Positions 10,576 through 21,267 of a stretch of 64,000 nt of DNA are shown piece after piece; positions within the stretch are counted from its first letter, which is position 1, and each line of letters begins with the position of its first letter. The notes under the pieces were generated by a model. It was not told the DNA's origin, ran no database searches, and worked only from the letters and a program-made list of their open reading frames with translations. The stretch comes from Candidatus Micrarchaeota archaeon (GTDB lineage: Archaea; Micrarchaeota; Micrarchaeia; Anstonellales; J096). The stretch covers positions 33,043-97,042 of the forward strand of contig WAMF01000003.1 in assembly GCA_015522475.1 (NCBI GenBank). Direction: 5' to 3'. Made by a program: the position numbers and the translations under genes.

Positions 10576-11344
10576 GCGGTTTGGACCTCCCTTCCTTCTT
10601 CACCGCGTCGACGAACGCCTTTATTTTTTCTACAGCGTGGTCTGATTCGAATGCCGTGCCTACTTGAATTATATCTGCGCCCGCCTTTATGACGTTGGCA
10701 GCTTCTTTGGGAGTCTTTATGCCACCACCAACGATGTAAGGTAGAGAGGTTGCTTTTCTCACGGCAGAGATCATCTCGAGAGGGATATGCTTATCTGGAT
10801 TACTACCAGCGTCTGTGAGCACGTATTTAAAGCCCATCATTTCGGCAGCTGAAGCAAACGCAGCCGCCAACTTGGGCTTAGCCCTTGGGATTAAATCAAC
10901 ATCGCCGACCCAACCTACTGTTCCACCGGGCTCCACGACAATATATGCTAAAGGCAGAGTCTCTATATTCATACGCCTTATGAAGGGAGCTGAGAGCATT
11001 TGAGCCCTCGTTATCCAATAGGGATTGCGCGAATTGAGGAGACTCATGAAGTACATGGCATGGGCATAGGGAGTTACAGTGGCTATATTGCCCGGGAAAA
11101 GCACTACTGGCACATCAGTCTCCTCCCTTATGCGCTTAGCTGCCTTGTCTAGAAAAGGACCTTGGACACCCGTGCTCCCGCCTATGAGCACCACGTCGAC
11201 GCCGGCCTTGTACGCGTTCTTTCCCATCTCTACAGCATCCTCGAGGGTCTTATAATCGAGGGGGTCTACTAGGGAAAAAAGCATAGCCTTATCTGTCTCT
11301 AGCTTCTCTCTAATGTAAGCATTCACGCTGCCTTTGAATGTCAT
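10568..11344 (-). CDS. Geranylgeranylglyceryl phosphate synthase (group II)
   Basis: LVDP, IGGSTGV, PVVLFPG, MSLLNSRNPYWI, VGGGIKT and QVGT motifs. Confidence 0.93.
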   Translation of the reverse strand: MTFKGSVNAYIREKLETDKAMLFSLVDPLDYKTLEDAVEMGKNAYKAGVDVVLIGGSTGVQGPFLDKAAKRIREETDVPVVLFPGNIATVTPYAHAMYFMSLLNSRNPYWITRAQMLSAPFIRRMNIETLPLAYIVVEPGGTVGWVGDVDLIPRAKPKLAAAFASAAEMMGFKYVLTDAGSNPDKHIPLEMISAVRKATSLPYIVGGGIKTPKEAANVIKAGADIIQVGTAFESDHAVEKIKAFVDAVKKEGRSKPHV

Positions 11345-11701
11345 AGTGGGCTAAGAAAGCAAAGAGTTTTAAAAGGTGTCTTGTTAAAGCAGGTTGTGAT
11401 GAAACTACCGTACTCTGAATAGTGATGAGAAGGTCTTCGGCTGATAGATTTTTAAACAGTTAGACATATAGAGAGACAGAGAAGAGAGATAATAAGGAGA
11501 TGGGAGTAAGTAAGGTACAATAGTAAAAAGAGCAAAAGTTAATAGAGGATTATAACAGCAAGAACGGCGAGAAATAGATAAGTTAGGTTATAAGCCCTGA
11601 GAAAGAACGCCTGCTCGTAGAGCGTCGTAAATAGATATGGGTAAAACACAGATAGAGTGTGTTTTAAGAATGCACTGATAGGCGCGCAAGCAGGAGATTG
11701 C

Positions 11702-11710
11702 TTTTTAAAT
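11702..11710 (+). promoter_or_regulatory. Probable TATA box of the 16S rRNA transcript
   Basis: TTTTTAAAT about 50 nt upstream of the 5' processing-stem strand. Confidence 0.55.
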
Positions 11711-11760
11711 ATTTCTCTGCAGAAAGGAGCAGTTGTGGATGCTTCATCTGAAGCATGACG

Positions 11761-11805
11761 TAGGCCTTAAGGGTTACAAGGGAGAGGCAGTAGCTAATCC
11801 CTTGC
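11761..11805 (+). other. 5' strand of the 16S pre-rRNA processing stem (bulge-helix-bulge)
   Basis: TAGGCCTTAAG-GGTT-ACA-AGGGAGAGGCAG...CCCTTGC pairs with 13342-13401. Confidence 0.85.
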
Positions 11806-11837
11806 CGATTCCTTCCTAAATTCGTCAGCAGAGATCA

Positions 11838-13330
<1,493 letters not shown>

Positions 13331-13341
13331 AAAGAATTTGT

Positions 13342-13401
13342 GCAAGGGAGCTAGTCATTCTATTAACAAAGCTGCCTCTCCCTAACCAAACTTAAGGCCT
13401 A
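13342..13401 (+). other. 3' strand of the 16S pre-rRNA processing stem
   Basis: GCAAGGG-AGCT...CTGCCTCTCCCT-AACC-AAA-CTTAAGGCCTA is complementary to 11761-11805. Confidence 0.85.
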
Positions 13402-13603
13402 CAACACAACTTTTTCCTTCTCTTGTTGGTTATACAACAAAGAAGTCGAGTTGCCGAGAATTCGGCCGCGCCTAATTAAGTAATCAAAGAAAAGACAATA
13501 CAATAAAATGTTATTATAAGTTGGCAGCCCTAAACATTTTTAAACCTTTCTCACAACAATACGAGACATAAATGCTTTGAGCCCATTTGGCAAGGTGTGA
13601 AAC

Positions 13604-15040
13604 ATGATAGGAAAACTAAAAAGGAAGAAGTCGGAAGTTAGTGAGAAACAAGGCAGGCAGGGCAGGAAGGCCTTTAAGGCCATAGAGACGCTGTTGGATA
13701 CGACAAGGGATGTAGCAAAGAAAGCAGCTAAGCCAGTATTGGGTGGATTGCTCGTAGTGGGCACAGCAGCGACGATAAGCAGCTGCGGACCTAAAAAAGA
13801 ATACAAAACTATAAACAATTATTACAGCAACGAAACGACAGAATACAGCCTAGATATAACGGCGCCAACACAATACGGCAACGAAGCCACGCAAGAAGAG
13901 GAAAAGAAAGAAGAAAAATTCGAGAGTGCATATGCAAGAGATACTCTTTCCGCAGGAGATGTGCTGAACGTAAGTGACCTTGCTGTGAAATTCACGGGCA
14001 CATCAGAGGAGGGAACAGCCTTTAACTACATCATAGGAACACCAGGCGAGATAGCAATAAACAGAGCAGAAGCTTATGCAGAAGTTAATGAGGGCGAGGA
14101 CTATGAGCTTTCATTAGAAGGTAATAAAGGTGTTTACATTCATGCAATTGAGGGTATAGTCGAGGTGGTTCAACAGGGAAGAACAAAGCTTTCTATAACA
14201 GTCACAGAGGATTCAAACAGTGGAAGAATTTCAATGGGAGAGGAGCTCCCCGTAGATGGTTACTCCGTTCAAATAACAGACATAACAGCAGACAACCAAG
14301 TTATTATGCGTATTCAAGGAAACCAAGTGGAGAGATATGCAATGGCGGCCAGTCATAGCACAACATATGTAAGCTTAGCCTCGGACAAGGTTATGAAGAT
14401 CTTAGTTGGAGATGTGGAAAAAGGATATACCCTTCAAAGTAGTTGGGCCGATATAGATGCCACACTTTACACAGCAAAGGAGACACCCTTTTTATACAAA
14501 GATGATACTTATCCTCTCAACGAAACCTATAGTGTAGTAATAAGAGGATTCACAACAGATGGAAATGCCGTCTACTCCATAGTCACAACAGAAGGAACTG
14601 TGAAGACAGTGGATAAAGAAGATTATACCTATGATACAACAATTTTAGATGGCAAAGAGTGGGATATAGCCACGGAATATACAACCATTCCAAAAAAAGA
14701 AGTTACAGGAGTAAAAACTTTCGTAAGAGTATTCCACGAAGACAAAGCTAATATAGGGGCAATAAAACCTGGTGAGACCTTGGACACGCCAAATTATTAC
14801 ATTGAGCTCGTAGATGTGAAAAACGACGACGGATATTATGCGAGCGTAAATATATACTCTAAAGAGACAGGCAAGAGAGTAGGATATGCGACAGTATACC
14901 GCGGAATACCTGTAGAGATGGCTGTAGATCCAAAAAACAGTAAGAAGCTCTTCATATATGTCTCCCAGCTTTCTTCGGGTTACCAAACAATTAGCAAATG
15001 GGCGCGCTTCTTCGTCGAGGAGGTCGATGAAAGCAACTAA
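13604..15040 (+). CDS. Secreted or surface lipoprotein with repeated beta-rich (S-layer-like) modules
   Basis: Long basic N-region, hydrophobic stretch and lipobox-like ISS-C. Acidic, Thr/Tyr-rich mature part with recurring (L/I)xxG(D/E)x(L) units. AGGTG SD upstream and a T-rich tract after the stop. Confidence 0.7.
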   Translation: MIGKLKRKKSEVSEKQGRQGRKAFKAIETLLDTTRDVAKKAAKPVLGGLLVVGTAATISSCGPKKEYKTINNYYSNETTEYSLDITAPTQYGNEATQEEEKKEEKFESAYARDTLSAGDVLNVSDLAVKFTGTSEEGTAFNYIIGTPGEIAINRAEAYAEVNEGEDYELSLEGNKGVYIHAIEGIVEVVQQGRTKLSITVTEDSNSGRISMGEELPVDGYSVQITDITADNQVIMRIQGNQVERYAMAASHSTTYVSLASDKVMKILVGDVEKGYTLQSSWADIDATLYTAKETPFLYKDDTYPLNETYSVVIRGFTTDGNAVYSIVTTEGTVKTVDKEDYTYDTTILDGKEWDIATEYTTIPKKEVTGVKTFVRVFHEDKANIGAIKPGETLDTPNYYIELVDVKNDDGYYASVNIYSKETGKRVGYATVYRGIPVEMAVDPKNSKKLFIYVSQLSSGYQTISKWARFFVEEVDESN

Positions 15041-15092
15041 CTTTTTCTTTTTTACCGTCTTCCTATTTTTTCCATAGTAGGGCTCTTCGCTT

Positions 15093-15142
15093 ATTTAAAA
15101 ATCTTCTCGCGATTTCCGAGAACCTATTTAAAGCGTTTTCTT
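15093..15142. repeat. Direct repeat copy 1 (50 bp, internal dyad), overlapping the ATPase stop codon
   Basis: ATTTAAAAATCTTCTCGCGATTTCCGAGAACCTATTTAAAGCGTTTTCTT; 48/50 identical to 16366-16415. Confidence 0.92.
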
Positions 15143-16344
15143 TCACCTCTTGGTGCAGCCCAAAGTACCTTTAAAAATTCAGCAAAAGTTTCACGAGTGA
15201 CGAGCATACCTTCTGTTTTTGTCTCCTTCTCAGCCTCCACCAACCCTTCTTTTTCCCTAACAGATACGTTGTCCCACGTGACTTGAATAGGAATGGCCTT
15301 TCCATCCTTAACGGCAATCATATCACATTCTCTTTTCCCTCTATAATAGTTAAGTTCATAACCGGCCTTCAATAGTTCCAGGGCTGCCAGTGCCTCTAAT
15401 TTCTTCCCCTTATCCCTGTTAGGGCGAATTAGTGTAATATATCCCACGTCTATAGGGTAAATCTTCCTAGGCATGTGCCTGCGGACCTTTATAGAATGCG
15501 TGAAAAAAGGAACATCTATAAAAGTATAAGCATTGAGAAATCCTTCGTAGATCTTCTCTGCTTTCTCGAAGGATATGTTAAGAGCTTTCCTCATAGCATT
15601 TACTGAAGCAGGATTGCCAACAGTATCTACGAGATACCGAAAAGCTTCCATAACGGTTGTGTACGATTCGTTTATCTCGTTGCTAACATCCCTGCTAACC
15701 ACAGTATCGACGTATGACGAGAGTAAGGAGAGTTTCTTCTCTTTATCCTTCTCTTCTACAATGGCTGGGAAAAGGCCAAACTCTAAGGCGTCATCGATAA
15801 ATCCCTCTAATTTTTGCCTAGCTCTAAAGGGTGTTTTCGCTCCCTTAATAACCTCTTGTATACTTAATGGATAAAGTTGAAACTCTATAGCCCTCCCTCC
15901 AAGGAGCGAGCCCACCTTCCCTCGAAGGAGATGTGCTGTGGAACCTGAGGTATAAATAGAGAAGCCTTCTCTATCTAATAGCACTCTTAATTGCGAGCCC
16001 CATTCCTCTGCCCTTTGCACTTCGTCTATAAAAATAATAGGATCATCGTCTTTACTCCATCGTATGTACGCGGCTATTAACTCTTCCAAGGTGTGTTCTC
16101 TCAGGTATATGTCTTCGAGGTTTATATATAACACTCCTTTCTTTTTCGTGAGTTGAGTAGCAAGAGAATAGATGAGTGTTGTCTTGCCAGCTCGCCTTGG
16201 CCCGACAACCATCTTAGCTATTCTATCGTTCGCAAATTTCAAGAGTTCTTCTTCAATATTCCTACGAATATAATGTGGCGGTAGTAAGCCTCCCTGCCCT
16301 TCCCACCATGGATTCCATAACTTTAACCTCTCTATAATATCCAT
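15124..16344 (-). CDS. AAA+ ATPase, AAA_14 plus DUF4143 (COG1373-like), with C-terminal nuclease-like domain
   Basis: NPWW start, Walker A GPRRAGKT, Walker B FIDEVQ, GS...LGGR, GLFP, K-I-Y-P-I-D-V-G and E-C-D...IQV. Confidence 0.92.
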   Translation of the reverse strand: MDIIERLKLWNPWWEGQGGLLPPHYIRRNIEEELLKFANDRIAKMVVGPRRAGKTTLIYSLATQLTKKKGVLYINLEDIYLREHTLEELIAAYIRWSKDDDPIIFIDEVQRAEEWGSQLRVLLDREGFSIYTSGSTAHLLRGKVGSLLGGRAIEFQLYPLSIQEVIKGAKTPFRARQKLEGFIDDALEFGLFPAIVEEKDKEKKLSLLSSYVDTVVSRDVSNEINESYTTVMEAFRYLVDTVGNPASVNAMRKALNISFEKAEKIYEGFLNAYTFIDVPFFTHSIKVRRHMPRKIYPIDVGYITLIRPNRDKGKKLEALAALELLKAGYELNYYRGKRECDMIAVKDGKAIPIQVTWDNVSVREKEGLVEAEKETKTEGMLVTRETFAEFLKVLWAAPRGERKRFK

Positions 16345-16365
16345 AAGATATTGATGCTTGGAAAC

Positions 16366-16415
16366 ATTTAAAAACCTTCTCGCGATTTCCGAGAACCTAT
16401 TTAAAGCTTTTTCTT
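16366..16415. repeat. Direct repeat copy 2 (50 bp), containing the ATPase TATA box
   Basis: ATTTAAAAACCTTCTCGCGATTTCCGAGAACCTATTTAAAGCTTTTTCTT. On the minus strand TTTTTAAAT lies about 21 nt before ATG 16344. Confidence 0.92.
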
Positions 16416-16542
16416 CTTCTAGTATACTTTAGGCCTTAAAACCACCCACCAACGCAGTTCGCTTAAGAGATATATGAATACTTATAAGCCACAAATGACC
16501 TTTTTTCTGGAATGCCTTTTTGTTCCTTCTTCTATTGTTAAA

Positions 16543-17637
16543 CTATTTTTGGCCTTTTAAGCTATCTTCTGCTCTAGGCCCTCTTATGTAATCATCGTAG
16601 GGGCTATCCTTGCGCTTGAGAAGCACGATGCGTGAAGGCGCGTGTTCGTTGTGCCACTCGTAATTGGGTAGAAACGATAGGAGTTTTTTGGCCCACTCTC
16701 TAACTTCTTCATGTGTGGGCATGTTTTCTATGCTTAGGCGCTGCCTGCTCTGCCCTAGGAACATGTACGCCTTTACTTCTATGTAATCTGCTTCGCTTTT
16801 ATCGAAGAGATCCGCATAGGCCTTCATACACTCTTCGTCCTCACCGAAGTTAGCGTCGTTTATGCCCTTTATAAGTGTGTAGCGTATAACGCGGCGTGTT
16901 CTAAGTTTGGGTAGCACGTCGTGGAGCGTTCTTAGGAGGCGCTGCCACCCGTCTTCGTATATGGAGCGGTTCACGTACTTGAACATGCGTTCATTGCATG
17001 CGTCGACGCTTATATAGAGCTGAGTGGGCAAAGCATCCATCTCAGCCATTCTCTCAAAAACTTGAGGCTCTTGGCCATTACTAACGACAAATATGCTACG
17101 CACCTCTTTGTGTTTCCTCAACTCCAAGATGAGCTCTGGTAGAAGAGGATAGATAGTTGGCTCACCACTAAGGCTTATGGCCCAATGACTGGGAAAGAGA
17201 TCATAGGCTTCGTGGAAGAGCTGCTTATCCACTGCTTTATTACCACCGAATCCACTAAGCAGCTTCTTCCTCACACGGACGGTCTCTTCTATAATTTCAG
17301 CTGGCTTATCCACTTCATCGGGCAAGAGGCTCGTTCTCGAATACCATTCATGAGGGCGCCAGCAGAATATACATGCCTGTTGGCACCATGCAGCCGCGGG
17401 CGAGATTTGGGCACAGCGGTGCGTATCTACGCCGTAAAAGATGTTTTTGTAGCACGTGCCTTCCTCCCTCAAGGCCTTTTTTGTCCATGAGCATATCTCT
17501 ATAGCTGAGTGGTGGCCTATAATGCCGTAAACAGAGCTCCACTTGGCTAACTGCCGAGGGTTAAAGCTAACCTTGCCGTTGACGTAGCTTTCTTTTTCTC
17601 TTTTCTCTTGGTTCTCTCCAATCTTTATACGTGCCAT
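16543..17637 (-). CDS. taw1: 4-demethylwyosine synthase Taw1/TYW1 (radical SAM)
   Basis: HSAIEICSWTK, CYK..FYG..THRC, CxxxCxxC (CQQACIFCWR), AISLSGEPT, IEVKAYM. Confidence 0.95.
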   Translation of the reverse strand: MARIKIGENQEKREKESYVNGKVSFNPRQLAKWSSVYGIIGHHSAIEICSWTKKALREEGTCYKNIFYGVDTHRCAQISPAAAWCQQACIFCWRPHEWYSRTSLLPDEVDKPAEIIEETVRVRKKLLSGFGGNKAVDKQLFHEAYDLFPSHWAISLSGEPTIYPLLPELILELRKHKEVRSIFVVSNGQEPQVFERMAEMDALPTQLYISVDACNERMFKYVNRSIYEDGWQRLLRTLHDVLPKLRTRRVIRYTLIKGINDANFGEDEECMKAYADLFDKSEADYIEVKAYMFLGQSRQRLSIENMPTHEEVREWAKKLLSFLPNYEWHNEHAPSRIVLLKRKDSPYDDYIRGPRAEDSLKGQK

Positions 17638-17675
17638 ATTACCACTAGCAAAGAAAACATGTATGCTTACTAATG

Positions 17676-18557
17676 CTAAAGTGTGACATACTCATCCGGC
17701 AGCTTGACCTTGTAAAGTTTCTCCACGGGCCTACGCCAAAAAAGGAAGCCCTCTAAAAAGCTCCTCTTCACGCCAGAAGGATGTTTATCGTAATCCTTAA
17801 ACTCGACTGCTCTTTCTTGTATCCAAGAAGGTGCCAAATTGTAAGCTAGTTCACTCACTATGAGCTCGCCGCTCTTCGCCATGGCCTGCAGCTTCACAGC
17901 CACGTTTATGGGCTTCCCTATGAGGTCGTAGCTCAGCTTAAGCGAAGGGGAGCCGAGCTTTACAATACCCACTTCTCCAGCGTCTATACCCATACCATAT
18001 GCCGTTTTTATGTCCCTATCTTTAGCATAGGGTAAGAAGTGTTTGTTCATAAACAAAGCGGTGCTTATAGCCAGAAGATAAGCCCTTTCTACAGATGTGG
18101 AAAGCTTAACCGTCGGAAAGAAAGCCAAAACCGCATCGCCCACGTATTTGAGCACATTTCCTCCACACGCCTCTGTGAGTCTTGCTATAGATGTAGAGAA
18201 ATGTGATATGAGGAATGAAAGCTCCTCTGGACTTTTCTCGTGGCTGAGAGGTGTAAAGCCTCTTAGATCTATAGAGAAAAAAGCCGAATACATCTTCTTT
18301 TTGCCAGAAGACAAATAGAGCTTTCCCAATACGTCTTGTTCCGCTTCATTAGGAGGTGATAAAGGGGAGGGCTCGTTAGCAACCAAATGCTTTGCCACAC
18401 CCTGCACAACATGTGGCATATCCTTTATACTCTTTACTTTAGCCTTTGGGTCGGTTATTACATTGCCATTTTTCACATCAGAATCGAGCGCCATGCTTCC
18501 CTTTTCAATGGAGCTATTAATAAGGCTTTTGTTGTTTATGGCTAGCGCAGCCATCAC
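17676..18557 (-). CDS. Class III adenylate/guanylate cyclase domain protein
   Basis: SIDLRGFT, LKYVGDAVLA, GIDAGEV and YDLIG..IN.A.K motifs. Confidence 0.9.
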   Translation of the reverse strand: MMAALAINNKSLINSSIEKGSMALDSDVKNGNVITDPKAKVKSIKDMPHVVQGVAKHLVANEPSPLSPPNEAEQDVLGKLYLSSGKKKMYSAFFSIDLRGFTPLSHEKSPEELSFLISHFSTSIARLTEACGGNVLKYVGDAVLAFFPTVKLSTSVERAYLLAISTALFMNKHFLPYAKDRDIKTAYGMGIDAGEVGIVKLGSPSLKLSYDLIGKPINVAVKLQAMAKSGELIVSELAYNLAPSWIQERAVEFKDYDKHPSGVKRSFLEGFLFWRRPVEKLYKVKLPDEYVTL

Positions 18558-18583
18558 AGCTACTAAAAGGGCCGCGTGTAAAG

Positions 18584-18593
18584 CTTTATAAAG
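18584..18593. promoter_or_regulatory. Palindromic (probably bidirectional) TATA box
   Basis: CTTTATAAAG is a perfect palindrome, about 26 nt from the cyclase start and about 22 nt from ATG 18616. Confidence 0.6.
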
Positions 18594-18615
18594 TTTCTCT
18601 ATGGACTCCTAACCT

Positions 18616-19409
18616 ATGCCCATCCCCACCGAAAGAAGATGTGAGAAGCATGAAAGTGAATCTCACATTCATTTCCTAAAAACGGGTTTTCTACCTCAAG
18701 AGGTACTACTCTATTTGATAGATGTTCTCGACATAGACCGGAGCTTCAAAAGTCATATGCTCGCCGGGCTAAAGCTATTCTCCCATCCATCCAGCACCGA
18801 TGCTAGGGGATATATACTAGGCCATTTATATAGATGGGCCCTAAAGGATGCGTATTAAACAAGCTTTGAGTCCTTTGTAACACAAAACCGCTATCCTAAA
18901 GAACGGGCTCATTTGTATGCTATGGAGCAAATAATAGAGCTCTTATCCTCTACACAGAAATACCCCTTGCTTGCCGAAGACGAAGTATTCTCAAGCTATA
19001 CAAGAGGTTTGGAAAAAATATGGTTTCCCATCTTCGAAAGCGCAGCAAAGGTAGCGTATATGAGAAATGAAGAGATCAGAGAATGCTGCCCTTTCCCGTA
19101 TATAAGTGCTTTTTTTCGTATGTCTCTGAAGAGATAAGCGCTATAGAGAAGCACATCCACGCCCTAAGAGCTAAGCGTCTCTACACTCTTTTAGAAGAGA
19201 AAATTGAAGAGATGAAGGAAAATAGTAAAGGATCCATTCCTTATTTCTTCATAGAAATCATGGATAAAGATGTTAGCATCTTGCCGCCGCCACCTAAGCC
19301 TCTACCTCATATCCACTTCGTTGTGAGAAAGAGTTCTGATGCCCGCTTATGTTCTAAACATAAAGCCACTAGCAAAAGAAAAGAGAAAAGCTCAATTTGG
19401 CTTGGTTAA
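18616..19409 (+). pseudogene. Disrupted hypothetical gene (one in-frame stop and one frameshift)
   Basis: ORFs 18616-18858 and 18913-19137 share a frame and are separated only by TAA 18856-18858. Adding one T to the T7 run at 19110-19116 joins them to ORF 19083-19409. Confidence 0.6.
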
Positions 19410-19450
19410 GACGCTTCATTAGATTCCGCCAAAAATTTGTGTTGTTTCCC

Positions 19451-20023
19451 TCAGGCTGTCTCTTCAAAACTATCTACCTCGTACACATAAACGTTCGTCG
19501 AGGGATCCTTCCAACAAGTCGGCTCCATACCCGCCTTTAAGCAGAGCTGAGCCAAAAAGTCCTCTTTTGATGGTAGTTGTTCCCATACTTGGGGCAAGAA
19601 CGTAGCTCTATACAAGCCACGTTCTAAAATCACGCCATGTTTGCCAGGCTTAAGAAAGGCCAAAAGCTCTTCCCCCTGTTTATCGACGAGCTTTGGCAAG
19701 CTTAAGATAGAAATCTCTATTTTCACTCGAGGCAACTCTTCCTTGCTCAAAGGCCAAAATCGAGGGTCATTAAATGCAGCTGCATAGGCATTATCTATAA
19801 CTGCGCGCCACACAGCCTTTATGGGTTCTATGTAGCCTATACATCCTCTTAACTCGCCGCCTTCAGTCAGCGTAACAAACACACCGCGCTTTGCTTGCCA
19901 TACTTTTGGCACATCTACGGGATAAGGCAGCTCATCCCCCTTCAAGGCGTTCTCAATGGTCTGCCTCGCAAGACGAAGAAGCCACTTCTTATCCTTATCA
20001 GTATAAGCTTCATTCTGGGGCAT
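19451..20023 (-). CDS. AMMECR1-domain protein (AmmeMemoRadiSam protein A family)
   Basis: GVFVTL, LRGCIG, AAFNDPRF, ATFLPQV, LCLKAG. Confidence 0.93.
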   Translation of the reverse strand: MPQNEAYTDKDKKWLLRLARQTIENALKGDELPYPVDVPKVWQAKRGVFVTLTEGGELRGCIGYIEPIKAVWRAVIDNAYAAAFNDPRFWPLSKEELPRVKIEISILSLPKLVDKQGEELLAFLKPGKHGVILERGLYRATFLPQVWEQLPSKEDFLAQLCLKAGMEPTCWKDPSTNVYVYEVDSFEETA

Positions 20024-20146
20024 AGCTTAAGATGAGCGCATAAGCATTTAAAAGCATCTAAGCTGCTGCTGAACTGACTGCTACTAATTCTTGAAATTTC
20101 AACTAGCTGCACAACCCCGCACCCTCAATCAAATACTAGATACTAT

Positions 20147-20626
20147 TTAGAAGGTGCTTCGATAAAACGAAAACTTTTTCCATGCTTTCTTTTTGCACAA
20201 CATCTTTTTGAGTTTAAAGTAGACAAACTCCTCGTCTCTTTGCACAACTTCTACAATAACATCGCCCGACTTCATATCTACGGAAGGGTCGTCAAGATTT
20301 GCTTGGTTAAGAAGAGCTAAAGCAAACAAACTTACATCCGAAGCAACGTTTGAACTTTCAAACTCCTCTAAAGATGTTATTGGCTTTGCCGTCGCCATTT
20401 TTTGAGAACGAATATTATTTTCAGACTCTGGTTTCCATCTGGTGAAGAGCTTGTGCCTATCACTTATTTTAAGGGCCCAAGGGGCCGCTGTAGTGAGAGG
20501 GCTTTTATTTAGGCCTTCTATTCTGTTTACTACTCTATTTACTAACTTACTTGGCTCTGGCCCCCTCTTTTCCTTAATAGCATTACCTTGATCTGCGCTT
20601 CTGTTTCTAATCATGTTATCTGCCAT
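20147..20626 (-). CDS. Hypothetical protein
   Basis: 159-aa ORF with TTTTAAA about 24 nt upstream of the ATG. Confidence 0.55.
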   Translation of the reverse strand: MADNMIRNRSADQGNAIKEKRGPEPSKLVNRVVNRIEGLNKSPLTTAAPWALKISDRHKLFTRWKPESENNIRSQKMATAKPITSLEEFESSNVASDVSLFALALLNQANLDDPSVDMKSGDVIVEVVQRDEEFVYFKLKKMLCKKKAWKKFSFYRSTF

Positions 20627-20948
20627 AGGCAGGCATTGTGTTAGAAAGTGTTTAAAAGCCTTTGGGCAAACAGGCGAACTAGTCGTAACTAGTAGTCATT
20701 TCTAAGATTTAATTTATGGTGCATATTTACAATTACAATTTATAGTGTAATCCATACTACACCTCTAATCTAGCCATTCATCTCTGTTTGTTCTGAATGC
20801 CGCGAACATTATGTTGTCGTTGTGGCGTATTAATTCTATTGGTAATTAATAACAGCTAATTTATGCCATTTATATCATGCCCCTTTACAATCTGCCGCAG
20901 AGCGCACATTTAAAAAATGTCGGGCACATGGCAGTGAATGGTGAAAAC

Positions 20949-21125
20949 ATGGTTGTTGTAGAGTTTGACGAATACAAAGGCAACAAGCTCATCGTGCTCA
21001 AGCGCGATGAAAACGATAAGTATCCTTTCAAGTTTGGCCTTGGGAAGGCAAGGCTCATAGTAGAAGCTTGTGAGGATATAAAGAAGTTTGTAGATGAGAG
21101 CGAGAGTGGAGTTGAAGGCCTCTAA
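20949..21125 (+). CDS. Small protein, possibly PC4-like ssDNA-binding fold
   Basis: GGTGA SD before ATG 20949 (20928 is an alternative start). Sequence VEFDEYKGNKLIVLKR...PFKFGLGKARLI..IKKFV. Confidence 0.6.
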   Translation: MVVVEFDEYKGNKLIVLKRDENDKYPFKFGLGKARLIVEACEDIKKFVDESESGVEGL

Positions 21126-21267
21126 AGACAAAAACAGGAGTCAGGAGTCAAAGGAGGAAGAGTAGAAGATAGTGTAAGCTTGTAAGCTCTGACCTCCCGT
21201 AGGCTCCCATTGAAGCTTATAAGCAGGGCAATTTTAGCTCCGCTTTTTGCCTCTCTTTGTTTTCTTT

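Noticed and set aside
13532..13572. Possible third degenerate copy of the 50-bp cassette repeat (TTTTAAACCTTTCTC...CGAGA)
   Set aside because: The spacer length and right arm do not match, and similar TATA+CCTTCTC sequence occurs at an ordinary promoter (~35847).
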